From IMG/VR virus record IMGVR_UViG_3300010157_000145, positions 1 to 34,820 of that record: 34,820 nucleotides of DNA; one strand, 5' to 3'. Shown here in pieces: positions 17,603 to 25,533 of this stretch. The DNA is from a virus. Lineage: Duplodnaviria > Caudoviricetes. The translations under genes were made by a program, and so were the position numbers. Under the pieces are notes generated by a model that made no database searches, was not told where the DNA came from, and saw only the letters and a program-made list of their open reading frames with translations. Position 1 is the first letter of the stretch; every line of letters starts with the position of its first letter.

Positions 17603-17911
17603 TTATTTTGCTATTTGCAAACCTGCAAGGGCAGATGCTGGGGCTACCTGAATGCCTGAGCCAAAGATTCTGTTGTATTCATTGATCATGTTTTGATCTG
17701 GAGTGCACTCTGCAGCAATTGCTGAGTAGTACAATCTAATGTCGCCAGAAGCAAAAGGCATATAAGGTGCTAGAGCAACACCCATACCTGTTTCTGTTCT
17801 TTGCAGCACAACTTGTGCTGGAGATTTAATAATATAGTTAGCACTATCGGCTTTTACTTCCTCACCAATAATATCTTCACCATTAATCATCTTATAAACT
17901 TTCACTGTCAT
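17603..17911 (-). CDS. Conserved hypothetical protein (Sm-like fold, common beside hsp20/gp43 in T4-like phages)
   Basis: VYKMINGEDIIGE...LAPYMPFA...EYNRIFGSGI. Confidence 0.75.
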   Translation of the reverse strand: MTVKVYKMINGEDIIGEEVKADSANYIIKSPAQVVLQRTETGMGVALAPYMPFASGDIRLYYSAIAAECTPDQNMINEYNRIFGSGIQVAPASALAGLQIAK

Positions 17912-18120
17912 AATTCTTCCTGTTCTACCATAAAGTCAATAAAAGAAGCAGCTAGATCTGGCTCATCGAACTGTCTCACGATAATAGAAAATGTATAAAC
18001 ATTATAACCAACAACAAGTATAGAGTTGTTTTTAAAGATTGAAATCTTAAGCACCCAATCCTTTCTTCGGATAGGAACATATGTTACCATGTTTGGAAAT
18101 ACGCTTGCTTTTTTCTTCAT
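17908..18120 (-). CDS. Hypothetical protein (~70 aa)
   Basis: Likely start MKKKASVF at 18120, just after an ACTAAATA box (18126-18133); ATAA/ATG overlap with next gene. Confidence 0.6.
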   Translation of the reverse strand: MKKKASVFPNMVTYVPIRRKDWVLKISIFKNNSILVVGYNVYTFSIIVRQFDEPDLAASFIDFMVEQEEL

Positions 18121-18143
18121 AAAACTATTTAGTCTCATGAAGA

Positions 18144-18164
18144 AGTGGGGAACAAGTCCCCACT
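18144..18164 (-). terminator. GC-rich hairpin AGTGGGGA-CTTGT-TCCCCACT, probable terminator after the hsp20 unit
   Basis: Perfect 8-bp stem in an intergenic gap; U-tract weak. Confidence 0.6.
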
Positions 18165-18186
18165 CTATTACTTCTCTAGAATTGTT

Positions 18187-18306
18187 TTATCTTCCAATCC
18201 CTTTGGTGATTGCATCTGCTCTGGCTTTACGTGCCTCAACAAGTGCTTCAACCATTAGACTGAAAAATTTACCAATCGGATTAAAGACTTTCTGCAGCAT
18301 TGTCAT
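18187..18306 (-). CDS. Small protein, 39 aa (MTMLQKVFNPIGKFFSLMVEALVEARKARADAITKGIGR)
   Basis: Below ORF-track cutoff; AGGAG RBS 7 nt upstream inside the hsp20 3' end; fills the gap before the hairpin. Confidence 0.6.
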   Translation of the reverse strand: MTMLQKVFNPIGKFFSLMVEALVEARKARADAITKGIGR

Positions 18307-18796
18307 ATTCGTTCTCCTGTAAAAGTGTCTTCTTACCTTTAACATTCACAGGAACTTTCTTTGGTTTCTTTTCTTCAGGAACCAAACGCTCCAAAGCAAT
18401 CTTCAACATACCATTGAATAGTTCTGCGTTCTTAACTTCGATGTGATCATCGATAGCAAAGGCACGTGTAAATGCACGAGTAGCGATACCTTTGAACAAG
18501 AAGTTATCTTCTAGAGCATCAAGACTTGCGTCAATATTACCCTTGACAACTAATTTGCCACCATCAATTTCAATGTCGATCTCGTTCTGTCCGAAGCCAG
18601 CAACAGCGATCTCAATCGTGTATGAGTTCTCATCATTCTTGCGAATGTTGTATGGTGGGTAGTTGGGGATGTTTTTAGTTAGATCAGCATGTAACGATTG
18701 TAATTGTTTTGCTGATTCATCAAAGCCGACAAAGAATTTGTCGAAGTCCTTAAATCCTGGACCAAATAATGCAAGGTGTGGTAATGAATTACCCAT
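18281..18796 (-). CDS. hsp20: Small heat-shock protein (Hsp20/IbpA-like)
   Basis: NYPPYNI, IEIAVAGF, FKGIATRAFTRAF, AELFNGMLKIALER; start MGNSLP at 18796 with AGGAG RBS. Confidence 0.92.
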   Translation of the reverse strand: MGNSLPHLALFGPGFKDFDKFFVGFDESAKQLQSLHADLTKNIPNYPPYNIRKNDENSYTIEIAVAGFGQNEIDIEIDGGKLVVKGNIDASLDALEDNFLFKGIATRAFTRAFAIDDHIEVKNAELFNGMLKIALERLVPEEKKPKKVPVNVKGKKTLLQENEYDNAAESL

Positions 18797-18935
18797 AGTA
18801 GTTCTCCTATTAAGCGAGTTTAAAAATACTCTACCCCAAATGGGCATAGAGGGTTGCTGGTTACTGGATCCAGCGGTAACTTAACGCACTACCAGCTTTA
18901 TGCGATTCGTTTCTTAGCGGTCCTAAGGTGAATTC
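18797..18935 (-). promoter_or_regulatory. Structured 5' leader of hsp20 with a ROSE-like SD-sequestering hairpin (18804-18818)
   Basis: Several consecutive stems; final CUCGCU-UAAU-AGGAG matches the ROSE U(U/C)GCU:AGGA pairing. Confidence 0.6.
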
Positions 18936-19118
18936 TTATGCAGCAGGTGCAGCTGTTTTGGCAGCTTCTTCTGCTTCTTTAGCCAATGCTTCTGCCTGTG
19001 GGTCACCCTGTTGTTTGATCTTACCAACCAAGGAAACAACTTCCTCAAAAGGATGTTTACCTAGCACACGCAATACAGTGTTAACTTCATCGATGCTCAA
19101 TTCAAGTTTGATGTTCAT
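18936..19118 (-). CDS. Small hypothetical protein (60 aa)
   Basis: GGAG RBS; MNIKLELSIDEVNTVLRVLGKHPFEEV. Confidence 0.75.
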   Translation of the reverse strand: MNIKLELSIDEVNTVLRVLGKHPFEEVVSLVGKIKQQGDPQAEALAKEAEEAAKTAAPAA

Positions 19119-19140
19119 TTTTACTCCAAGTTATGTAAAA

Positions 19141-19566
19141 TTATTTAGTGGTAATTTTCTTACCAATATTATATTTAGGAACTAATTCCCATTCTGCTTT
19201 CTCTTTGTATGCCACAACTTTAATTTGCGACAAAGAGACTTTTGGTTCTGCCTTTGTGTTGTCCACAATCTTCAGCAATCCCCAATCTTGTAACAATCCT
19301 GCCACTGTATTTCTACGCTCAATATCATTGGAAGTTATATTGGATTCTTTACCATCCAATGCAAACAGTTCCTTGAAGTGAACAATAAAATACCTACCCT
19401 GTTTATGCAAGATATGGCAAGACTGATATAATTTTTGTTCTTTTCTGGAAGCGATCCCGATGCGTGTAAGGGTTTCGCGAATCTTCAAAAAATTATCAGG
19501 TTCAGGTAACAGGACTTCCAGCATAGAATCTGGCGTCCAGTCATAGTATATCATTTCAACAGACAT
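19141..19566 (-). CDS. regA: Translational repressor RegA
   Basis: PDNFLKIRETLTRIGIAS, LYQSCHILHKQGRYFIVHFKELFALDG. Confidence 0.96.
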   Translation of the reverse strand: MSVEMIYYDWTPDSMLEVLLPEPDNFLKIRETLTRIGIASRKEQKLYQSCHILHKQGRYFIVHFKELFALDGKESNITSNDIERRNTVAGLLQDWGLLKIVDNTKAEPKVSLSQIKVVAYKEKAEWELVPKYNIGKKITTK

Positions 19567-19946
19567 TATTTTCCACCTTTATATAGTTTTTCTTCTATCA
19601 TAGTCAACTGGTCAGGACTCACTATGTCCATAACCTCTTTGGCTCTCTCAGTAGAATATTTATAGTATTCCATGATTAGAAGAAGTTTCCTATCATCAGC
19701 GTCTTTTTTGTGCCACTTTGAAAATCGCTTCTTCTTGCTAATTGTATTTAGCAAGAAATCATTCTGCCATTTCTTGGGAATGCCAGAATTCCTATTCATC
19801 TCATTGGCCATCATAACTGTGTCGGCGAAATAAGATAAACCCCTGTTTACCATGAACGGAGTATAGTCCTTCTCGTTCAATGGATCTTCACGAATCAGAT
19901 CCTTCTTGGTTGTGTTTATTGCATTTAGAAAGTCAAAGGGTGACAT
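19566..19946 (-). CDS. 62: Clamp loader small subunit (gp62)
   Basis: MSPFDFLNAIN, YTPFMVNRGLSYF, KKRFSKW; position before regA. Confidence 0.92.
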   Translation of the reverse strand: MSPFDFLNAINTTKKDLIREDPLNEKDYTPFMVNRGLSYFADTVMMANEMNRNSGIPKKWQNDFLLNTISKKKRFSKWHKKDADDRKLLLIMEYYKYSTERAKEVMDIVSPDQLTMIEEKLYKGGK

Positions 19947-20269
19947 TATTCTGTCCCCAACAATGAGATCTCTTCGGTTTGTGCAGCAAATCTTTTACCT
20001 GGAAACTTATTTTGTAACTCTTGTTCAATGTCTTTGCGTGTTTTGCCTTGAGCCATAAAAGCATGTGTCGTATTGTCATATACATATAACATATCATTGT
20101 GCTTTTCAATTTTAATTTTTATGTAAGTGTCTTCAACATATTCTTGGAACTCATTAATTGAATAACGAATGTTCCTACGAAGCATACGCTCATGTGCTTG
20201 CCAACCAAACAGTGCGCCAAGATACCAAACACCAAACAGTATGATTACCAGTACAATTATTTCTAACAT
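19946..20269 (-). CDS. Hypothetical protein with N-terminal transmembrane segment
   Basis: MLEIIVLVIILFGVWYLGALFGW hydrophobic start; FMAQGKT motif. Confidence 0.7.
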   Translation of the reverse strand: MLEIIVLVIILFGVWYLGALFGWQAHERMLRRNIRYSINEFQEYVEDTYIKIKIEKHNDMLYVYDNTTHAFMAQGKTRKDIEQELQNKFPGKRFAAQTEEISLLGTE

Positions 20270-20276
20270 GGCAACC

Positions 20277-21212
20277 TCACTTAAACTTGCATTGAATCAT
20301 TATCTCAGTCATCGCTGCGACTGTGTTAAGTTCATGGTCAGCTACGAATGCTGCTTTATATTGGTAGTCTGCCAGAATCAAAACAAGATGATGAACAGTT
20401 GAAGCATCTAGAAAGTCAACGGCATTGTCATACAGTTCTTTGAACAACTGTGTAGTTTCAATGTCAGAATTCTTAGCGACCCACTTGCGTACATCTGCGA
20501 ATTTCTTTTCCTTCAGGAAGCCAACGAGTTCGCGAAATGATTCTTGAGATAAGTTTACAAGAATCCCAGAGTCAATCTTGCCTGCGACAGAGTAGCGTTG
20601 AAGTTCGTTTAGAATCCTACGATAGTCAGGGAAGTGTTTGGTAACAACTTCGGCAACTACCTTTGGATCAAACTCAATACCTTCATCCTTAAGAATACCT
20701 GCTGCTCGTTTGAAGAAGTTGGCAGCGATTTGTTGTTTATCTTTGTTGTCAATCTTAAACTCTACAACTGAACACCGACTATGAAGAGGCTCGATGATTC
20801 GGTTCTTAAAGTTACATGTAAAGATAAATCGGCAGTTGTTAGAGAACTCCTCAATGAATCCACGCAGAGCTGGCTGAGTAGAGTTGGCATTGAGATAGTC
20901 TGCTTCGTCAAGGATAACTACCTTTTTAGAATCTGTAAGAGATACAGTGGAAGCAAAGGACTTAATCTTGGTACGAAGAACATCGATACCAGATTCTTCT
21001 GAACCATTTATCAATAGGAACTCGGCACCGATCTCATTGCATAGTGCCTTGGCAACTGTGGTCTTACCGACACCTGCCGTACCACAGAACAAAAAGTTTG
21101 GTAACTGTCCAGATGCGATAAACTCCTTGAAGGTTTTCTTCAAAGAGTCAGGCAGGATACAGTCGTCAATGGTCTGTGGTCGATACTTTTCAACCCAAAG
21201 AAACTCACTCAT
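20277..21212 (-). CDS. 44: Clamp loader AAA+ subunit (gp44)
   Basis: LWVEKYRP, GTAGVGKTT, ILDEADYL, PLHSRC. Confidence 0.96.
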   Translation of the reverse strand: MSEFLWVEKYRPQTIDDCILPDSLKKTFKEFIASGQLPNFLFCGTAGVGKTTVAKALCNEIGAEFLLINGSEESGIDVLRTKIKSFASTVSLTDSKKVVILDEADYLNANSTQPALRGFIEEFSNNCRFIFTCNFKNRIIEPLHSRCSVVEFKIDNKDKQQIAANFFKRAAGILKDEGIEFDPKVVAEVVTKHFPDYRRILNELQRYSVAGKIDSGILVNLSQESFRELVGFLKEKKFADVRKWVAKNSDIETTQLFKELYDNAVDFLDASTVHHLVLILADYQYKAAFVADHELNTVAAMTEIMIQCKFK

Positions 21213-21230
21213 AATATAAACTCCATAATG

Positions 21231-21779
21231 TTATAAAATTGGTTTTGGCGTAACCCCAAATGCTTCTGCCAGTGGTGCGATCGTTTGATAATATATTTCT
21301 ATAGTATCTCGTTTTCGTATACCCTCATCAAAAAATCTTTTCTTTTCTTCTTCAATAATACTTATAAGAGTTTTAAGATTCTTACCATATACAAATAAAA
21401 TACTTACAGGATTTGGATGTGTAGAACTACCTCTATCATATATACCAAATATAAAACCATCTATCTCATGCATGTGGCGCATTCTACTTTCGCCAGTATC
21501 AAACTCAAAATAGATTTTATCAAAGTTATATGTTTGACTCTTTTTTCTAATTGGTTTATTTGTAGATTTATGTTCAATCCACTTTAAACCCAACTCAGAA
21601 CAATTTCCATCCTCTTTATATCGCCCTGTTACCTTTTGAATAGTTGGATAAGTATTCTTTAAGTAATTAAAAGACATAATCTCACGCCAAACATAATTGT
21701 CGTGTGGATTATATCCGTACTTTTTCCTAAACTCTTCATTATCTTTCAGCAGCTTTTCTAAATCTTGAATTTCAGTCAT
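21231..21779 (-). CDS. Hypothetical protein, possible restriction-endonuclease-like (D...ExK) fold
   Basis: KEDGNCSELGLKWIEHKST; AT-rich; function is only a motif guess. Confidence 0.55.
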   Translation of the reverse strand: MTEIQDLEKLLKDNEEFRKKYGYNPHDNYVWREIMSFNYLKNTYPTIQKVTGRYKEDGNCSELGLKWIEHKSTNKPIRKKSQTYNFDKIYFEFDTGESRMRHMHEIDGFIFGIYDRGSSTHPNPVSILFVYGKNLKTLISIIEEEKKRFFDEGIRKRDTIEIYYQTIAPLAEAFGVTPKPIL

Positions 21780-22090
21780 TTAAGAAAGTTAATTAATGAT
21801 GCTGTAGATTTTTCTTTCTTAGGTCTAGGAACTGATACTTTATCCAAGTTAGTTTTACCTTTGACTAAATCCCATGCTGCTATACACATATTTCTAACAT
21901 CATTAGGATGCTTGGCTTTTGCTTCACTCTCTGTATAAAAATCAGCAATCCATTCCCAGTCTTTGTGATAATCACACCAAACCATTTTCTTAATCTTCTT
22001 GCCTGTTTCAAGATCAATTGTGTATAGTTCTTCAGGTGGTAATACTTTACGATTTACTCTTGGGTTTGGTATTTTCTTTCGCTTATCCAT
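21776..22090 (-). CDS. Hypothetical protein with degenerate zinc-ribbon-like motif
   Basis: WCDYHKDW...DFY...RNMC; likely start MDKRKK at 22090. Confidence 0.6.
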   Translation of the reverse strand: MDKRKKIPNPRVNRKVLPPEELYTIDLETGKKIKKMVWCDYHKDWEWIADFYTESEAKAKHPNDVRNMCIAAWDLVKGKTNLDKVSVPRPKKEKSTASLINFLK

Positions 22091-22127
22091 AATATATTTC
22101 TCATAATTAATGTTGACTAAAGGGATT

Positions 22128-22153
22128 AAGAGGGCGATCAGATTCACCCTCTT
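22128..22153 (-). terminator. Hairpin AAGAGGG...CCCTCTT downstream of gp45
   Basis: 7-bp inverted repeat in the intergenic gap. Confidence 0.45.
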
Positions 22154-22173
22154 GTTCTGGCACTACATAATAC

Positions 22174-22830
22174 TTACTCGAATGTTGAGTCGGCTTCGAC
22201 TGCGACATAGTAGACGAGGTCGTTTGTTCCTGCGAATCTGCTGATTCGTTTGCTTGAGATTGAGACATTATATTCTCCTGCCACCATCTTTAAGTTCTCA
22301 ACTTTAAGATTTACATTAAACACCTTATCAGTTGGACCAAGATCTACATCGTAGGAGTTCGCTGAAGCATTTTTCTTCTGGCAAACTTTACCAACAATCT
22401 TAGATCCATCACCAGCGATAACCAAGTCAGGTGCCGAAAGAACACCACTGGTACGACGAACCAAATCTAAGGTTGCCGAGGTAACACGAAAGTTGATCTC
22501 AGGATCGGGAAAGGTAATCTCTTTCTGTGGGACAGTGAGGTTTGCTGCTTCAGCTGCATAGTATTTAATGCTGTTGTTATTCTCACGAATGTCAACATAC
22601 TTTTGACTGAAGGTCAAGTCTGGGTCTTGAAACAATGATAGTGCACCAAGGAATTCATTTAGATCATAGATACCAAAATCGCTTGGGATTGTTTCAGCAA
22701 TCGGAGAAGATGCCATAATATTTTTTGGACCAGAGATGGTACCAATCTTGTTTCCTGCTTTCAACAAGAGGTTACTATTGATAGTTGAAAAGTTCTTCAA
22801 CAGTTCGACAGTTTGTTTGCTTAATTTCAT
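22174..22830 (-). CDS. 45: Sliding clamp (gp45)
   Basis: MKLSKQTVELLKNFSTINSNL, FGIYDLNEFLG, KVENLKM, YYVAVEADS. Confidence 0.95.
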   Translation of the reverse strand: MKLSKQTVELLKNFSTINSNLLLKAGNKIGTISGPKNIMASSPIAETIPSDFGIYDLNEFLGALSLFQDPDLTFSQKYVDIRENNNSIKYYAAEAANLTVPQKEITFPDPEINFRVTSATLDLVRRTSGVLSAPDLVIAGDGSKIVGKVCQKKNASANSYDVDLGPTDKVFNVNLKVENLKMVAGEYNVSISSKRISRFAGTNDLVYYVAVEADSTFE

Positions 22831-22870
22831 TTAATTTCCTTTTCAATTAACATAATAATATGTATAATAC

Positions 22871-22899
22871 ATTATACTTCAAAACGATCTATTTGTCAA
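22871..22899 (-). promoter_or_regulatory. Sigma70-type promoter TTGACA-17-TATAAT upstream of gp45
   Basis: Exact consensus. Confidence 0.85.
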
Positions 22900-23242
22900 A
22901 TTTATTTTCTTCAACAGAATAGTATACATCGTGTTCATATAAGAACATCAAGCAACACATTGCATGTGCCAAGTGGTTCTTACCTGTTTCGGGATCATCT
23001 TGTTCTCCCTCTTTCCATGCCCATAAGTGTCTTTGCATTGCGTCAAAGTACCTACGCTTTGAGTCAGGAACATTCTTCCAATTATCTGGTTCGTATTTCT
23101 CGGCACCAAATGTTAGAATTTCTACAGTTGCTTTTAATGCAAGTGGAGGTAGCAAACCATATTGAAGTTTACCACCATCAAATTTGCGCCCACCAGTGGT
23201 AGCTGTTTGGCTTGCTGCTACAATATCTTTTCTAGTTGACAT
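22889..23242 (-). CDS. dATP/dGTP diphosphohydrolase-domain protein (DUF5664-like)
   Basis: GRKFDGGKLQYGLLP, FGAEKYEPDNW, AMQRHL, DPETGKNHLAHAMCCLMFL; start MSTRK at 23242 with GGAG RBS. Confidence 0.8.
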   Translation of the reverse strand: MSTRKDIVAASQTATTGGRKFDGGKLQYGLLPPLALKATVEILTFGAEKYEPDNWKNVPDSKRRYFDAMQRHLWAWKEGEQDDPETGKNHLAHAMCCLMFLYEHDVYYSVEENKFDK

Positions 23243-23264
23243 ACTTTCTCCAGTGTAAATACAA

Positions 23265-23290
23265 ATGAGCACTCCCGAAGGAATGCCCAT
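23265..23290 (-). terminator. C(UUCG)G tetraloop hairpin, probable terminator
   Basis: ATGGGCATTCC-TTCG-GGAGTGCTCAT followed by TTGTATTT. Confidence 0.7.
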
Positions 23291-23304
23291 TCATAACTCA
23301 CTAA

Positions 23305-23565
23305 TTAAGCACGAGTAAATGCTTGTGCGCCAACAATCGCTTGAGCCAAAGCAATGATACGGCGACTTGGTGTGCCGATACGATACTTGGTAGCAACTGA
23401 ACCATTGCTCAAAGTTGTTGGGTTGCTGTATACACAGTAACCTTGTTCACGCAAAACTTGAACATGGCGAGCTGGGTTAGCAATACCAAATGAAGCAGTG
23501 ATTTGCTTCGCAGTAAATGCTTTGCCTGCTTGCAGGTGCTTTAAAAGCTGTTCTTTCTTAGACAT
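23305..23565 (-). CDS. Small winged helix-turn-helix protein
   Basis: KEQLLKHLQAGKAFTAKQITASFGIANPARHVQVLREQGYCVY. Confidence 0.7.
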   Translation of the reverse strand: MSKKEQLLKHLQAGKAFTAKQITASFGIANPARHVQVLREQGYCVYSNPTTLSNGSVATKYRIGTPSRRIIALAQAIVGAQAFTRA

Positions 23566-23640
23566 AATATCTCCATAATAACGCCATCAATTAAAAAAGG
23601 GAATGGTGATGGCAATAAAACCAAACCCCAACCGAACCTG

Positions 23641-24033
23641 TTAGACAGGAATTCCGTTAGCACGAAGTTCGTCCATGAACTCCGAGTCAGATTGATATTC
23701 TACTCCTTCTTCGGGACTTTCGTCAATTATTTTTTGGAGTTTACTTGCATCTTTATCTGTTTTTGTAACTGTGACAGTTGAGAATGCTGCAAATTCAGAC
23801 TCGGTTGGCCAAGGCATCTGATACTGACCACGACCTACTCGGTTGTTGCTTTGTAACCAGTTAGGATAACCCAACTTCTCACCAGAAGTGCTACGCTCAT
23901 CCTTCATCTTGTAATAAGATGCATGGATTTGTTTAGCACCCAAAGAACGCTCCGAGTAATACTCAGGAAAGTTCTCAATGGTGCGAACGATAAACTGTTT
24001 CTGGGACTTTGTAAGATCTTTAAATTTCAACAT
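23641..24033 (-). CDS. Hypothetical protein resembling the N-terminal domain of the adjacent CobS-like ATPase
   Basis: YPNWLQSNNRVGRGQYQMP vs YPTWLMQNKLGRGLYAIP. Confidence 0.7.
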   Translation of the reverse strand: MLKFKDLTKSQKQFIVRTIENFPEYYSERSLGAKQIHASYYKMKDERSTSGEKLGYPNWLQSNNRVGRGQYQMPWPTESEFAAFSTVTVTKTDKDASKLQKIIDESPEEGVEYQSDSEFMDELRANGIPV

Positions 24034-24052
24034 GGTATATTTCCTTCTTCAA

Positions 24053-25210
24053 TTAAAATGGGACTTCTGTATCAACGACTTGCGGTGCAACTTCTGCTTG
24101 TTCTTCAACAATCATTTCACCAGCACTTACTTTGTCAAACAAGTCAACAAAGGCAAGGCGAGTTGCGTCATCGAAACGATTGGTACACAACTCAATTGCT
24201 TTTTTCTGATTCTTAAAGATCGAGAATGCTCGAACAATATGAACCAGACGACGAGTAGTGATTGTCTCATCGACACCACCAGCGTCAAAGGTACGACGAA
24301 TTGCTTCAGCCCACTTAACAAGGTTTGAGGCAAATTCTTCGTCAAGAACACCAAAGGACTTCATAAGATTTTGAACAATCTTAATTTCCACTTTGGCATC
24401 AGGGTACTCCTGATTAAATGTCACTGCGAATCGCTCAAGAAACGCTTCGTTCAAAACATTGGTACCGATGTAACGACCATCATCGCTACCCTTACCCTTT
24501 GTGTTTGCCGTGGCAAACATGTTAAATCCAACAGCGGGATAGACCATCTCGTTCTTCAGTTTGAAGTAGAAAGGTTTACCCTCAAGGATAGGTTGCAAGC
24601 AAAGCAAAGTGTTTGCTCCACCAGCGTCAATCTCGTCAAGCAACAAGGGGATACCCAAGCGCATTGCGATCATAACTGGACCCTCAACGATTTCGACATT
24701 ACCATCGACAAGGGTTTTAGAACCAATCAACTGGTCTTCGTCAGTCATTTTATTCAGATTGACACGGATCAGTGGTCGCTGTAACTTGGCACAAATCTGT
24801 TCAATAGAAGTTGACTTGCCATTCCCAGTTGGACCAGAGATGTAAGTTGGATAGAATTGCTTTGAAGCAACGATTCGCTCCAAATCTTTGTAGTTACCAA
24901 AGGGAACATAGTTGCCATCAATTTTAGGCACAAGGGATTCTAAGTTCGTAAAGTCCACAATCACACTTTCAGGTTGCTGTGGTGCGAGTGCGGTATTACC
25001 TACGATGGGAGCTGTGAAGTTACCACCAGGAATCGCGTATAACCCACGACCGAGTTTATTTTGCATCAACCAAGTTGGATACTTGGAAGACTTCATTGTT
25101 TCCATGACAGATTGAATCTGCTTTCGGGAAACCTGTGATGTCGTTTTAACATCGGGGAACATCTCAAAGAGTTTAGATTCAAACTCATTTACATAACTAT
25201 CAACCATCAT
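24053..25210 (-). CDS. cobS: CobS/MoxR-like AAA+ ATPase
   Basis: SGPTGNGKS, LLLDEID, ATANTKGKGSDDGRYIGTNVLNEAFLERF, ITTRRL. Confidence 0.88.
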   Translation of the reverse strand: MMVDSYVNEFESKLFEMFPDVKTTSQVSRKQIQSVMETMKSSKYPTWLMQNKLGRGLYAIPGGNFTAPIVGNTALAPQQPESVIVDFTNLESLVPKIDGNYVPFGNYKDLERIVASKQFYPTYISGPTGNGKSTSIEQICAKLQRPLIRVNLNKMTDEDQLIGSKTLVDGNVEIVEGPVMIAMRLGIPLLLDEIDAGGANTLLCLQPILEGKPFYFKLKNEMVYPAVGFNMFATANTKGKGSDDGRYIGTNVLNEAFLERFAVTFNQEYPDAKVEIKIVQNLMKSFGVLDEEFASNLVKWAEAIRRTFDAGGVDETITTRRLVHIVRAFSIFKNQKKAIELCTNRFDDATRLAFVDLFDKVSAGEMIVEEQAEVAPQVVDTEVPF

Positions 25211-25234
25211 TCACTCCATTCATAATATAGAACA

Positions 25235-25263
25235 ATTATACACTATTTCACAATTAATGTCAA
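25235..25263 (-). promoter_or_regulatory. Sigma70-type promoter TTGACA-17-TATAAT upstream of cobS
   Basis: Exact consensus; shares GCTTGACATTAATTG with 25445-25473. Confidence 0.85.
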
Positions 25264-25415
25264 GCATTAAATGCAAGATCGTACTCAAATGCTGTAAGAA
25301 CAGCTTCAACTTCTTCTCGGTTGATTAATCGACTTCCCAACATAACGCATTCTGCTTCGATGCCGTAGCTGAAACAAAGGTTATACAAATCATTATCATT
25401 AAAACAATCCCACAT
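25260..25415 (-). CDS. Small acidic protein, 51 aa (MWDCFNDNDLYNLCFSYGIEAECVMLGSRLINREEVEAVLTAFEYDLAFNA)
   Basis: Below ORF-track cutoff; AAAGGTG RBS; has its own promoter upstream. Confidence 0.65.
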   Translation of the reverse strand: MWDCFNDNDLYNLCFSYGIEAECVMLGSRLINREEVEAVLTAFEYDLAFNA

Positions 25416-25444
25416 AGTCATCACCTTTCTAAGTCTATAATATA

Positions 25445-25473
25445 ATTATACCTGAATTTGCAATTAATGTCAA
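25445..25473 (-). promoter_or_regulatory. Sigma70-type promoter TTGACA-17-TATAAT
   Basis: Exact consensus. Confidence 0.85.
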
Positions 25474-25485
25474 GCACTTTCGGAA

Positions 25486-25508
25486 TAACCCTACAGGATG
25501 TAGGGGTA
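25486..25508. repeat. 23-bp palindrome TAACCCTACA-GGA-TGTAGGGGTA (copy 2)
   Basis: 9/10 inverted repeat. Confidence 0.85.
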
Positions 25509-25533
25509 ATAAAAAAGGTTTAAAATCAACGAC

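Noticed and set aside
18797-18935. tRNA or known ribozyme in the regA-hsp20 gap
   Set aside because: No cloverleaf or T-loop, and I could not match a ribozyme core by eye; kept only as a structured leader
8428-22891. Stop-codon reassignment
   Set aside because: TAG (8428, 11145, 22889) and TGA terminate genes at expected lengths, and core genes are uninterrupted under the standard code
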